Source: Octopus vulgaris (Eukaryota). From it: a stretch of 64,000 bases of DNA. Shown piece by piece: positions 12,845-26,659 of the stretch. Below the pieces are notes generated by a model. The model worked only from the letters and a program-made list of their open reading frames with translations. It had not been told where the DNA came from and did no database searches. The number at the start of each line of letters is the position of its first letter. Position 1 is the stretch's first letter. The translations under genes were made by a program, and so were the position numbers. The stretch is from NCBI GenBank assembly GCA_951406725.2, contig OX597825.1, forward strand, positions 14,136,001 through 14,200,000, written 5' to 3'.

Positions 12845-13417
12845 TTGGGTTGCCGGAAAGTTCATGCCGATTTATACGAGCTTAACTTTCGACTTATTTT
12901 AGAATATGTTTGAGTCCATAAAATAGGATTTGACTACACCTCCATTTGGAGCACAGTTTCAGCTATTTTTTCCTGGAAGAAGGTTTATGTTCCTATAGTC
13001 TGTATTAATCCTGTAACCCTTTAAAATGGAAGATAAGAAAGTTCATTTTCGGCACTTGATGCTTTTCTTTTTCCGTAAAGGGAAAAATGCCTCACAAGCA
13101 ACCAAAGAAATATGCGCAGTTTACAGTGATGTTTTTTTTATCCGAAAGAACTGTACGGAAGTGGTTCGCAAGGTTCCGAGCTGAGATTGTAGCCTTATTG
13201 ATAAGGAGCGATTAGCCAGACCATCCACTACAGATGATGACCAAATCAAGTCATTAATTGAGAATAACCCACATTGCGCAACCCGAGAATTGACAGAAAA
13301 CGGCAACCTTTCAAACTCCGTGGTTCATGAGCAACTAGTAAAGCTTGGGTAATGGCAAGTATTTATTGACCTTTTTCTTTCCTTTAAAAATCGGTACAAA
13401 CTTTCCGGACAACCCAA
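12845..13417 (+). mobile_element. Internally deleted mariner element
   Basis: TIRs TTGGGTTGCCGGAAAGTTCATGCCGATTT and AAATCGGTACAAACTTTCCGGACAACCCAA with TA TSD. N-terminal transposase remnant from ATG 13026 (MEDKKVHFRHLMLFFFRKGKNASQATKEICAVY...VRKWFARFR...RPSTTDDDQIKSLIENNP). Catalytic domain absent. Confidence 0.9.
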
Positions 13418-13567
13418 TAATTATAGAATCCGAGGAAATAAAGAAACTGAAAGACTTTGTCAGCTTTGGCAAAAATTGATGTATAAATGGAGTCATAAAG
13501 AAGTGTAGTGAGAACACTTGCTATGAGGACATTCAGGGTTTAACATTCCGAACATTCGTCCTACATT

Positions 13568-13644
<77 letters not shown>

Positions 13645-13755
13645 AGACAGGCATAGACAGATAGAGGCCGTAGATTCTTTCACTCTGCATGTCAAATGAA
13701 CTAAATTCTTCTGACATCTCCAGCTCTCCGGGTATGACGAAATACATTCTTTTCC

Positions 13756-13969
13756 AAGGCGGCGAGCTGGCAGAAACGTTAGCACGCCGGGCGAAATGCT
13801 TAGCGGTATTTCGTCTGTATTTACGTTCTGAGTTCAGATTCTGCCGAAGTCGACTTTGCCATTGATCCTTTCGGGGTCGATAAATGAAATACCAGCTATG
13901 CACTGGAGTCGGTCTAATCGACTGGCTCCATTCCCCCTAAAATTTCTAGCCTTGTGCCTAGAGTAGAAA
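13756..13969 (+). mobile_element. SINE family B variant with TSD
   Basis: Flanked by gaaatacattcttttc and gaaatacattctgttc. Confidence 0.85.
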
Positions 13970-14302
13970 GAAATACATTCTGTTCTGTGTGAAACATGGC
14001 TACGGAGTAAACCTTAAAATCTCGCAAGTAGGACCCTATAACGCGGTGTAGGGTTTATGTTGACCCAGTTCACACAAGTCTGGTACCAAAATCGATCCCA
14101 AATGCACAGCCTTGCACTATTTTACGTGATACCTTTAGTACCAAGAGCAAAAATTCGTGTATATAGAATTTCCTAGGATTTCCAAATACTTATTCTATAT
14201 CTACATACTGGAGGGGTCACTTTAGTGATATGATTTTGCTTTTTTGTGGGAGTAGTTCAAAACATATCGACCAGCAGAGAAAAACAGCGATGTCTCTTCA
14301 GG

Positions 14303-14620
14303 CTTGTGAGTGGATTTGGTAGACGGAAACTGAAAGAAGCCCGTCGTATATATGTATGTATATATATATATGTATGTATGTATATATAATGTATGTATGT
14401 GTGTGTGTATATGTTTGTGTGTGTGAGTTTGTCCCCCCACATCGCTTGACAACTGAAGCTGGTGTGTTTACGTCCCCGTAACCTGACGGTTCGGCAGAAG
14501 ATACCGATAGAATAAGTACTAGGCTTACAAAGAAAAAGACCTGGGGTCTGTTTGCTCGACAAAAGGCGGTGCTCCAGCATGGCCACTGTCAAAAGACTGA
14601 AAACAAGTAAAAGAGAGTAA
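14303..14620 (+). mobile_element. SINE family A, 5'-truncated
   Basis: Aligns to the 3' two-thirds of 10606-11028. Confidence 0.85.
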
Positions 14621-15595
14621 AAAGCGTATATACATATGCGTAAATCTATCTATTTTCTCTATATGTGTAAATCTATCTATTTTCTCTATATGTGTCTGTG
14701 TGTCTGTGTGTGTTCCTGTATGTATATAAACACATACATATACACAGAAGAAGTGATTGAGTGAGAGAGAATTACATACACAGAAATAAACAAAATACAC
14801 TGTCTTATAATTACATACAAATACGGAGCAAGTCGGTGAGGTTTGTTTTGCTGAGCTAAGCATTTGACGAAGCCCCGATTGTAAGACTAAATAATGAATA
14901 TTTTACTTTCGAGAAACCATATATACTTACTGTAATTTCGATGAATGTTGAACACAATTTACAATTAGTGCTATTATCTTCTACAAATGGTAACCTAATT
15001 CTTTCGTTCCCTCTCTAGTTTCAGTTTTATTTGGTTTTATTATAGTTTGTTTTCCTCCTTCAACATGTTTCTTGTTCGTCTTCGTTTCTGTCATCTCATG
15101 CACAGTTTTACGAGGTTAAGTCAATGTACATTAGCAGCCAAAAAAAAAAAAAAGAAAGATGTCCGATTTATTTTTTCATCGATTTGTTTTATTTATAGTT
15201 TTTTTTTGTTTAGTAAATATTTTCTTTCATTTGTATCGATGTATGTACGTGTATTTGTGTGTATGTATGCGGTATGTGTGAATGTATGCCTGTAAGATGT
15301 ATGTACGCATGCATATCTGAAAGTTTTAATGTATATGTATAACATATACACACACATTCATACGTACATACAAACATACATAGATATACACCTAGGTACA
15401 AATAAACACGCGACTGCATACACGCGCATATATGTATACATACATAAATATATATATGAACTTCCATAGATGAACCCATGTATGCACTCTGATATACGTA
15501 TGTGTGGATAGGTCTATATGTATATATATCTACACACACACATATATATATATACATATATATGCATGTATATACATACATAAACATCTATCTAT

Positions 15596-15633
<38 letters not shown>

Positions 15634-15720
15634 CATATTTTCATATACATCGGCTTGTATATGTGTACGTGCTTATGTCCATGGATAAATCAATCTCTAT
15701 ATAATTATGTATATGTGTGC

Positions 15721-15756
<36 letters not shown>

Positions 15757-15861
15757 CATACATGTTTTCATGTACATATATGTGTACGTGCTTCCGTCCA
15801 TGGATATATCAATCTCTAAATAATTATATATAAATGTATATATATATAAATAATATATATA

Positions 15862-15930
<69 letters not shown>

Positions 15931-16640
15931 CATATACATACACATCTCACTTTTTCTCTCTCACCCCCTTTACTATCTATATACACACACACACACACTC
16001 ATATATATATATATATGCATATACATATGTAAGTGTATGTATATGTGTGCATATATATTTGTATGTGTACGTATGTCTATTTAAATACAATACATATCTA
16101 TATACATATACATGCGTACGTGTATGTGTAATTGTATATAAATGCATATTCATAGGTTCATTTTCTTCCACCTACTTCTCTGCATTTCATATTACTTCCC
16201 TTTACTCCACCAATCTTTTTTATAACTCTTTTATTCATTTGCTTTTTACAGTTCCTGCTCTCCCCTACTCTCCCTCGCTCGTTTCTTACACTCCCTTTGC
16301 TCTCCTCTGCTCTACTCTTCTCTCCTCTGCTCTCTTCCTCATCTTATTTCCTTTGGATTACTTCGTTTCCCACAATTTCTAATCTATTAACTAAAAGAAA
16401 AAGGCGAAAAAGTAAAAACTATAACGAAAGGGGAAAACAAAGCGGAAAATGGACAATATTCCTTAAGTGGAAACAGTTTAGGAAACATATGAAACAGCCA
16501 AACATTCAGAACATATAGCAGGAATACCGTACGTTAATACATACGCATATGCACACACACAGGCGTGCGCATATATGCATGCCTCAGTCGCATATGCAAT
16601 TTTATATATATGTATGTTTGAGTGTGCATCTACATGTGTT

Positions 16641-16675
<35 letters not shown>

Positions 16676-16726
16676 GTATGTGTATATATATATATACATT
16701 TATATATATGTATATATATATATATT

Positions 16727-16758
<32 letters not shown>

Positions 16759-16828
16759 GACTAACGTGTTTATACGTATATGCATACATACACATACATA
16801 CATATATATGTATGTATATATATGTATG

Positions 16829-16886
<58 letters not shown>

Positions 16887-17549
16887 GAGAAGGAGGGAGA
16901 AACAAAGAGAAGATAGAGACGGAAAGAGTGAGAGAGATAGGTAGATAGATCGATGCATACATACCTTCACATATATCTGTGTGTGTGTGTGTGCGCGCAT
17001 TTATGCATAGTAGTATATGCACTAAGCTTACTTCTGAGTCTATATGTGTGTGTGTTCTTTGAACAGTTGCGATGTGCAATTCATATTCAAGGACCAAATG
17101 TTTCCGTTTGCTTAGAGCAACAGACTGCTTGTCTGTCCTGTGTAAGCAATATGGGTCTAAAGCCAGCGAGCGAACAGGAAGAGCCAGTATAATTACTGTT
17201 GCTGTTACTGCTCTTGTGACTACCATTGTGTTTGTAATTGTTGCTCTTTTAGTAGTGTTTGCTGTGCTGGCGTCGGTGTTGATACTGGTACGGCTTTGGC
17301 AGTCGAGAATGTTTGCAGTGATTTTGTGAGTGGTTGTAATAATTCCATGAGGATGCATGCGATCGTTTATGTTTTCCCCGTTGGGAAATGGTTAATACTT
17401 GATCTGGTCGATAAATATCCGGACTGTTGCCATAGTAACGAAGATAAGGCATGCAGAGTGAAACCGCTCGGCACAGATTGACCTTGACCGTTGCTGTGCA
17501 TGCGCGCTGTGTTTCAGCGTTCTAGCTTACTTCCGTCGGAAGGTGTGCC

Positions 17550-18345
17550 GCGTGTGGTGGCTGTGGTGGTGTTTGAGGTGGCAGGGGTGGTTATCGTGGT
17601 GGTGGTGGTGGTGGTGGTGATGGTGAAGTTTGTGGTGGTGGTGGTGGTGCTGGCTGTGGTGATGATGATGGATGTGGTGGCGTGGGTGGTTGTCGTGGTG
17701 GTGGTGGTGATGTGGTGATGGTGATGTTTGTGGTGGTGATGGTGGTACTGGTTGTGGTGATGATGATGTCTGTGGTGGCGGGGGTGGTTGTCGTGGTGGT
17801 GGTGGTGGTGGTGCGGACTATGATGGTGGTGATGGCTGTGGTAGCGAGGATGGTGGAGGGGGAGGTGGTAGTGGTGTGATGATGGTGATGTTTATGGTGA
17901 ACATGGTAGCGGTGGTGGTGGTGGTAGCATTTGTAGTGGTGTCAGTGGCGTTGTGTGTGTAGGCGGTGTTAGTGCTTGTGGTGTTGGCAGTGGTATGCAT
18001 GTTGCATGTGATGGTGATGGAAATGTTGCGTTTGGTGGTAGTAGTGGTGGTGGCGATGAAGCTGCGTGTAGTGGTGGTGGAGATTGTACTAAGTTTGGTG
18101 GTGGTGTTGGTGGTGGTGATAGTGTAGCCTGTAGTGATGGTGTCGCGTATGGTGGAGTTGTGTGGCATGGTGGTGCTTGTGGTGGGTGTGGCTGTTGCAG
18201 TTGTTTTTGTTGTTGCTGTTGTGGTGGTGGTGGTAGTGGTGATGCATGTAATGGTGTCTGTGTGTGTGGAAATGGCTGTGCTTTGGGTGTTGGCGCAGCT
18301 TGTTCTGGTGGTGTAGGTGATGGTAGCTCTCGTGGTGATACGTGT
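17550..18345. repeat. Degenerate (GTG/GGT)n low-complexity tract
   Basis: Trinucleotide-periodic, with internally duplicated blocks around 17590-17810. Confidence 0.85.
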
Positions 18346-18350
18346 GTTTC

Positions 18351-18688
18351 CTATTTCTTTACTACCCACAAGGGGCTACACAGAGAGGAGGCAAACAAGG
18401 ACAGACAAACGTATTAAGTCGATTATATCGACCCCAGTGCGTAACTGGTACTTATTTAATAGACCCCGAAAGGATGAAAGGCAAAGTCAACCTCGGCGGA
18501 ATTTGAACTCGGAACGTAGCGGCAGTCGAAATACCGCTAAGCATTTCGCCCGGCGTGCTAACGTTTCTTATTTCTTTATTGCCCACAAGGGGCTAAACAT
18601 AGAGGGGACAAAAAAGGACAGATAAACGGATTAAGTCGATTACATCGATCCCAGTGTGCAAGTGGTACTTAATTTATCGACCCCGAAA
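18351..18688 (-). mobile_element. SINE family B tandem (near-full copy plus 3' fragment)
   Basis: Family B body repeated, junction at about 18565. Confidence 0.85.
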
Positions 18689-19001
18689 ACATGTGGTTGG
18701 TGAGCAAGTTACTTACCACCTCGCATGCACGCCCTTTATAAGAGCATATTTCTGCGTGCATGTTTGTTTGTGTTTCTTGAGCGTGTGTTTGTTTGTGTTT
18801 CCTGAGCGTGTGTTTGTTTTTGTCTCTGTGTGCGCACGCGTGTGTCCCGTTTTTGTGCGTGCGAGCACATGTACATGTATGTGCTTGCATCCAGCACCGA
18901 AGACACTGAATAGCTAGCCGGCCTTGTCAAATCATCGAAAATCTGTCCAATTGTCCCATTCTGTGAATGTCATGCCCTTGAATGGCCACAGTTGAACAAC
19001 A

Positions 19002-19391
19002 TAGGCGCGGGAATGGCTGTGTGGTAAGTAGCTTGCTTACCAACTACTGGGTTCTGGGTTCCTTCCCACTGCGTGACACCTTGGGCAAATGCCTTCTACT
19101 AGAGCCTCCGGCCGACTAAGGCCTTGTGAGTGGATTTGGTAGACGGAAACTGAAAGAAGCCCGTTGTATATATGTATATACATATATGTTTGTGCGTCTG
19201 TGTTTGTCAAACCAACATCGCTTGACAACCGATGCTGGTGTGTTTACATCTCCGTAAGTATGCGGTTCGGCAAAAGATGCCGATAAAATAAGTGCTAGGC
19301 TTCCAAAGAATAAGTCCTGGGTTCGATTTTCTCGACTGAAGGCGGTGCTTCAGCATGGCCGCAGTCAAAAGACTGAAACAAGTAAAAGAGT
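19002..19391 (+). mobile_element. SINE family A, full length
   Basis: Aligns to 10606-11028. Confidence 0.88.
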
Positions 19392-20174
19392 AACGGAACA
19401 CAATAATGAAACTAAGTTCGAAAACTGAATTAATTCGCTTCATTGGAAATCGAACCCAGACGTCTAACTTCATTCGTCAAAGAATCCTACCTCACAATCT
19501 CACACACAACTTGATATTTCCTACAATCCGCCGTTATCTTTAATCTACAAATATAGTTTTACATTCACTGCTATGTTGACTCACTCGGTTTTATCGACTT
19601 TACTGACATAACTCCACTTTGGATCGTAATACCAAAGACGAAAAGAAGAAAGGAAAAATTTGACCAAATAAGCCAAATATTATGTTGTAATCATGACATA
19701 ATCCAAAAAACAAAACAAAGACAATACCAATAACAAAAGATAAAAACAAATAAAAATAATCCTATTTCTCTATTTCGTCTTTTGTTTTTCCTTTCCATTC
19801 TCTTACTTTTAAACGTATATTTTTTACGGCTTTCCTAAGTATCTTTATGACCATGCTGGTATCGGAATAGTTTTGTTTCTTTCTGTATGATGGGGAATAT
19901 TTCTGTAGAGAAGGTGTGATTCTATGTGCGTTTATCACATGCACATATGCATATATGCATACATACCTAAACGCACCCACCCATATACGTACACGAACAG
20001 TGACGCATATATACATAGTTACACCTCTAACTATACACAAACACACACATATATATATATACATATATATATACACACACATAATATATATGTGTGTTTA
20101 TATATATAAGTATATATATATAAGTATATATATATAAGTATATATATATATATATATACACATCTATATTGTTG

Positions 20175-20223
<49 letters not shown>

Positions 20224-20784
20224 CATAAATATATATATATATGAACGTAAAGATATGAGTGGCTGTGTGTGTCCTTATGGCATATATACATACCTACACC
20301 TCTACCTATAATCACACACACATATATATACATATATATAGACACACATACATATATATGTATATATATATGTGTTTATATATATAAGTATATATATATA
20401 TATATATATAGATAGATATATACATATATATATATATATATATACATATATATATTTTTGAATTATCCTATGTACATACATATATATACATATATAAATA
20501 TATATATATGAACGTAAAGATATGTGTGGCTGTGTGTGTCCTTATGGGTATGCTTGCGTGCTATGTGTCTCTGAGTGTTGAGTGGGATTCATCGTGATTT
20601 ATCACCAATATCAGATATATTGGGGGTAAGCAGATTGATAAGAACGCAACAAGATAAAATGAATAAATATATATAAAAAAACAAAAACGAATGACAAAAC
20701 AAACAAACGCGATATTAACGACAAGAACGAGAACTTAAGAAACAATATAAACAATAAAAAAACAACAACAATAATAATAATGAC

Positions 20785-20843
<59 letters not shown>

Positions 20844-21321
20844 TGATGATAATAATATGGAAGAAAATAAAATAATCGTAAGTGGAAGCATAAACAGAAA
20901 TCTCAATGGAGGAGAAGCAAAATAAATAAGCAAATAATTGAATAAATATATTATAAGTAAAATAGGTATATATATATATGTGGGTAGATGTGTGTCTATG
21001 TGTGAATTAGGTTTTATATGTGTGTCTCACATGTTGATGTGTGTACATACTTAGAAATAAGTACCTATATATGCATATATATATATACATATGTGTGTGT
21101 GTGTATCTACATATATATACATATATATACATATATATACACATATATGATATATATAACGTATATGTGTTTGATCTATCCTCCCTCTCTCTCTATATAT
21201 ATATGTATGTATATGTATATATCTACATATATAATGTATATATATGTGTGATATCTCTCTGTCTCTCTCTCTCTTTCTCTCTCTCTATTTATAAATATAT
21301 GTATGTATATCTACATATATA

Positions 21322-21370
<49 letters not shown>

Positions 21371-21433
21371 TCTGTCTCTCTCGTACGCCACACATCCTTT
21401 TCCAAGTAAGTTTTTTCTATATTTACATATATG

Positions 21434-21533
<100 letters not shown>

Positions 21534-21572
21534 CATTCATACATACATACATACTTACATACATACATATAC

Positions 21573-21630
<58 letters not shown>

Positions 21631-21864
21631 GCGCGTACACGTAAACAGGATATAAAAAAAAAATAAATTAAAACTGCTCTTGATAAAATAGCATTCGTTT
21701 GTATATACTTTTGTCTTGTGTTTATTTTTTTTTCCTTTCTTTCTGAACCCAGCAAACTAACCTGGCGTGTATTTAGATAATACAGCTAAAGACAGGACAA
21801 GTTTGTACAGTCTGACAGCCTGATTGATAAAACAAGTAAATAACTACAGAAATAAAATTTGAAA

Positions 21865-21915
<51 letters not shown>

Positions 21916-22388
21916 CTGGAATAAAGACACGTAAAATAAAACACACACAGATATAAGCACGCAACTGCGATGTAGATTATAAAAATATTCCACAACAAAC
22001 AAGAATAATAACGACCACAATGTTGAAGAGAGTAATAGAGAAAGAGAAAAACGACAAGCAAACCCTTCGAAAAAACAAAGAAAGCAATAAGCGAAAATGA
22101 GGAAAAATGTGAATCAAAGATTTTTACAAGTGGCATATATATTTTATCCCCATCTCACAGCTAGTTAGATAACAAAAGAAATCTTACCAGCAACGTGATT
22201 TCCCTGTAGAAACCCTGATTTCCCTGAACATTTACAGCTGACAATCCTGATTCAATCAGACACCATGTATGTTCAGAAGAACTTGGGAGAAAAAATATCT
22301 ATGTCTGTAAACTGTTGTCACTTAGAAGTAGCTTGTGCACTTAATATTCTCTCGCACGCTATACTACGTGTGCATATATGTATATATG

Positions 22389-22448
<60 letters not shown>

Positions 22449-22532
22449 GGCATACATATATGCGCTTGCACAAATACGCAGAAACGCTTCTATTTCTCTG
22501 TTAGATCTGAACTCGCTCGCGTGTTTTATGTA

Positions 22533-22577
<45 letters not shown>

Positions 22578-22614
22578 TTATATATATGTATATATATATA
22601 TATATATACATACA

Positions 22615-22646
<32 letters not shown>

Positions 22647-22709
22647 CACACATATATATATACATATATATATAAATATATATATATAGACATATATATA
22701 TACATATAC

Positions 22710-22752
<43 letters not shown>

Positions 22753-22876
22753 TATAGATATAGATATATACATATCTATATAAATATATATTTATATACA
22801 TATACATATATGTACATATACATATACATATGCGTATATACATATATACATATAATTATATATATATATATATATT

Positions 22877-23370
22877 TGTAGGTGACCCCAAATACTGTAA
22901 ATAGAGATATAGCGTTCGAGTCGCTCGAATGTAATTCAGTTTCGATCATATATATAGCTATATATATATCCTGCGGGTCAGGATAGGATCACTTGACAAC
23001 AATGTAAACTTCAGTTGATTAAGGTATCTTTGGGCTGAATAGTAGCTAGCAGGTTACCCCTCGTTTGGATAATTACAACCTCCGAAGTCCTGCTAGCTAC
23101 GAAACATGTGTAGCCTGAACTTTTTCTACTCCATTCCCGTATTTTGGACTTTATTCGCATACACAGCAAACCCAACTGCTAACCGCAGGCTATAAGACAA
23201 TTTTTCATAGTATCGAACTCCGATATGGAGAAAAATTAACAACCTTCTGCGTCAATAAACCTCTGTTGTTCCTCAGAGTTGTCTTTTATACATTCTACCG
23301 ACTGCTCGAAGATTACTAACTTCCCACAGCTTGATTCTCAGATCTTACCATTTTCGATTCCAGGCAGTGA

Positions 23371-23376
<6 letters not shown>
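22877..23376 (+). mobile_element. Possible solo LTR or pLTR containing a 12-bp stem and HHR-like junction
   Basis: Begins TGTAGGTGAC and ends GTGACCTGAA (imperfect inverted termini), with AATAAA at about 23254. Lies between (TA)n and (AAT)n. Confidence 0.35.
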
Positions 23377-23402
<26 letters not shown>

Positions 23403-23417
23403 GTGATAATAATAATG

Positions 23418-23502
<85 letters not shown>

Positions 23503-23527
23503 TAATAATGATAATAATAATAATAAC

Positions 23528-23670
23528 GTCGAAAATTACCTTAGGAATGAGAACCCAGGTTCGAAATTTCCCAAAGACAACTGTTGAAGCTTCGAGGGTA
23601 TATCAGCCGAAACGTTGTGTTAACAACAAACAAAATGAGGACAAATATCCGTCAAATGTAAATAATGTAG
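23528..23670 (+). mobile_element. Second copy of the HHR-like repeat, motif at 23576-23621 and degenerate
   Basis: gacaa-CTGTTGA-agct..cagcc-GAAA-CG-TT-GTGTT, aligns to 1151-1315. Lies between (AAT)n and (TA)n. Confidence 0.55.
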
Positions 23671-23725
<55 letters not shown>

Positions 23726-23726
<1 letters not shown>

Positions 23727-23896
23727 TATATACGACGGGCTTCTTTCAGTTTCCGCCTACCAAATCCACTGACAAGGCTTTGGTCGACCCAAGGCTATAG
23801 TTGAAGACACTTGCCCCAGGTGCAACGCAGTGGGAATGAACCCGGAACCATGTGGTTGGTAAGCAAGCTACTTACGTCACAGACACTCCTGCGCCT
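23726..23896 (-). mobile_element. SINE family A, 5' half
   Basis: Reverse complement of the family A head and CORE-like region. Confidence 0.85.
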
Positions 23897-24664
23897 GAAT
23901 TGAATTGAATATAGTTGAATTTTTCTTCAAAGTATAATCTTGTTCCATCCAGGAAATATTAGTGGAAAGTGGTTAAAATGAGATCGAACGTTTCATTTAA
24001 ATTTCAGGATATTTGACTCATTTGTCTTATGCTGGAATACAAGATCTAACAGAAAGTTCTGGTTTAGAACGTGGAAATATCCGCCATCTATCAAAAATAG
24101 AACCATATAAATGGAATTCTTTCCTTTCATCTTGTGAAGAAGGAGTCAAGTTCCAGAAATCCACAAAAACCATTTCCAACCCATTTTATCAAGGAACTCG
24201 ACGTCTTGCGCAATTCTAATAAAATATTCGACAAGATAAATTAGTTTTAGAGTGTAGATGGAGATACTAAAAACAGGCTTCTATCCAATAATATAAGAAT
24301 ATATGTGTGTGTGTGTGTTTATGTATGTATGTATGTATGTATGTAGTTATATATGTATGTTTGTGTGTGTAGATGTATGTATGTAGTTATTTCTGTATCT
24401 GTGTGTACATGTGTGTATGTAGTTATATACGTATATTATATATATATACTTTATATATATATACTTTATTTAAAGCAGCAGAAAATTCAACAAAACCTGT
24501 TACTCTGAGTTTCACGTTGCCGTTCGTCGGACAGTTTTTGCTTCATATATATATGTATATATATATATGTATTATGTAGTTATATATGTATGTGTGTGTG
24601 TACATCTAAGTATGTAGTTATATGTGTGTGTATAGGTATATTGTTTTATTCCTTTTCTTTTATT

Positions 24665-24882
24665 CCTTTTACTTGTTTCAGTCATTTGACTGCGGCCAAG
24701 CTGGAGCGCCGCTTTTAGTCGAACAAATCGACCCCAAAGACTTATTCTTTGTATGCCTAGTACTTATTCTAACGGTTTCTTTCTCACGAAACTCTAAGTT
24801 ACAAGGACGTAAACGCAATAACATCGGTTGTCAAGCGATGGTGGTGATACAACCGCAGACACAGAAACACACACACACACAG

Positions 24883-24946
<64 letters not shown>

Positions 24947-25081
24947 GACGGTCTTCTTTCAGTTGCCGTCTACCAAATCCACTTATACGTCTTTGGTCGG
25001 CCTGAGGCTATAGTAGAAGACACCTGCCCAATTTGTCACGCAGTGGGACTGAACCCGGAACCATGTGCTTGGTAAGCAAGC
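24665..25081 (-). mobile_element. SINE family A
   Basis: Reverse complement aligns to 10606-11028. An older degenerate relative follows at about 25100-25290. Confidence 0.85.
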
Positions 25082-25454
25082 TAATATTTCATCTTTTCTT
25101 TTATTTTTTATTTCTTTCAGCTATTCGACTGCGGCCATGCAGGGGTACCAACTTGAAGAGGCTTTAGTAGAACGAATCGACTCCTTCTTAATGCATGGTG
25201 CTAATTATGTGGAAACCTTTTGCCAAACCGCTATGTTAAGCGGCCATGTACAAACCAACACCGGTTGTGAAGCAGTAGCGGAGCACAAACACATACACGA
25301 TACAGGATACACAGACACACTCACACACACATATTAAGTTGACTCAGTTTGATGGTACACACATTGTCCTCCAGTAATTGAGTTTCTTCTCAAAATCTTG
25401 GCCTTTGCTGGAGCCGTATTATCGTGGTTATCCGCCCGTGGAGACATCACTGAA

Positions 25455-25524
25455 GTTTTAGCGAGATCGAAACTGCGATCCTATGGCCGCTGCTCTAACT
25501 ACTAGGCCATTGCCCCTCCACGCC
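25455..25524 (-). mobile_element. tRNA-like SINE head related to family C
   Basis: Reverse complement ggcgtggaggggcaatggcctagtagttagagcagcgg...gtttcgatc. Confidence 0.6.
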
Positions 25525-25533
25525 TTAAAGATA

Positions 25534-25620
<87 letters not shown>

Positions 25621-25621
25621 T

Positions 25622-25713
<92 letters not shown>

Positions 25714-25776
25714 CATAATGATAATGATAATCGAGAGACTGAGAAGTGATAGGAATGTGCAGATATATATATATAT

Positions 25777-25833
<57 letters not shown>

Positions 25834-26041
25834 GTCCTGTATGAATATAGATTTATATGTAATTAAAATATTAAATCCAATATCTTACAAATTTGCATTT
25901 TTCGTATAGAAATATTACAATCCATGTGTTCCGAATACTCCAGAAGGTACTCAAAAAATAAGAGGTGCTACCTTAGTTCACTGGTAGTGAAGAGCTGACA
26001 CTGTAGTACATCTCCAGCATTAGAATCTGTGCAAAGGCAAC

Positions 26042-26176
<135 letters not shown>

Positions 26177-26248
26177 TAATAATAATAATAACAATAATGA
26201 TAATGATGAAAGTAGAAGATAGCTGAAAAGAATGGCTAGCATAGTACC

Positions 26249-26659
26249 TATTTCTTTACTACCCACAAGGGGCTAAACACAGAGGGGACAAACGAGGAAC
26301 AGACAAACAGATTAAGTCGATTACATCGACCCCAGTGCGTAACTGGTACTTAATTTATCGACCCCGAAAGGATGAAAGGCAAAGTCGACTTCGGCGGAAT
26401 TTGAACTCAGAACGCAACGGCAGACGAAATACCTATTTCTTTACTACCCACAAGGAGCTAAACACAGAGGAGACAAACAAGGACAGACAAACGGATAAAG
26501 TCGATTATATCGACCTCAGTGCGTAACTGCTACTTAATTTATCGACCGAAAGGATGAAAGGCAAAGTCGACCTCGGCGGAATTTGAACTCAGAACGTAGC
26601 GACAGACGAAATACCGTTAAACATTTCGCCCGACGTGCTAACGTTTCTGCCAGCTCACC
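26249..26659 (-). mobile_element. SINE family B dimer with perfect 15-bp TSD
   Basis: ggctagcatagtacc at 26234-26248 and 26660-26674. Confidence 0.92.

Noticed and set aside
17072-17329. Apparent transmembrane ORF ([22 protein letters not shown]...)
   Set aside because: Hydrophobicity follows from GT-rich low-complexity composition, and there is no clear start or splice support.
20040-20548. ~270-bp tandem duplication in TA-rich DNA (similar ones at about 15620-15830 and 35470-35700)
   Set aside because: Ordinary microsatellite-mediated local duplications with no evident function.
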